Below the pieces are notes generated by a model that did not search any database, was not told the origin of the DNA, and was given only the letters and a program-made list of their open reading frames with translations. This document shows, in pieces, positions 63,770 to 64,000 of a stretch of DNA of 64,000 nucleotides. Source of the stretch: Squalus acanthias (taxonomy: Eukaryota); assembly GCA_030390025.1 (NCBI GenBank), contig CM059432.1, forward strand, positions 99,636,001 to 99,700,000. The letters are read 5' to 3'. Numbering within the stretch: the stretch's first letter is position 1; every line of letters starts with the position of its first letter. The position numbers and the translations under genes were made by a program.

Positions 63770-64000
63770 CAAACAGGACTGAGATGAGGAGAAATTTCTT
63801 CACTCAGAGGGTGGTGAATCTTTGGAATTCTCTACCCCAGAGGGCTGTGGATGCTGAGTCATTGAGTATATTCGAGGTTGAGATCGATAGATTTATGGAC
63901 TCTAAGGGAATCAAGAGATATGGGGACTGGGCAGGAAAGTGGAGTTGAGGTAGAAGATCAGCCATGATCTTATTCAATGGTGGAGCAGGCTCGAAGGGCC
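63770..64000 (+). mobile_element. CR1 3' fragment
   Basis: RTEMRRNFFTQRVVNLWNSLP and 3'UTR. Confidence 0.88.

Overview
This is vertebrate, most likely cartilaginous-fish (shark-like), non-genic DNA made almost entirely of nested transposable elements; no intact host gene was found. It contains many CR1 and L2 LINE copies, Deu-domain SINEs and a V-SINE, and PIF/Harbinger MITEs. There is also a non-autonomous Harbinger carrying a spliced Myb/SANT gene, and Penelope-like fragments with minimal hammerhead ribozymes, one forming a 221-bp-arm palindrome. The most notable content is a cluster of endogenous lokiretrovirus-like elements. Two defective proviruses lie at 5.6-12.5 kb and 58.5-63.4 kb; the first shows a tether plus RNase H pol layout, and both carry related class I fusion env sequences. 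The second env carries an apparent N-terminal Ig-like domain and a Thr/Pro-rich stalk. Three very long (1.5-1.8 kb) solo LTRs have 4-bp TSDs and share an unusual architecture: an E2F/Sox-like promoter module, an apparent 0.75-0.9 kb R region, and a covarying U5 hairpin. Two of them also show an ATG-free leader and back-to-back splice donors. Family names come from motif recognition only; no database search was run.
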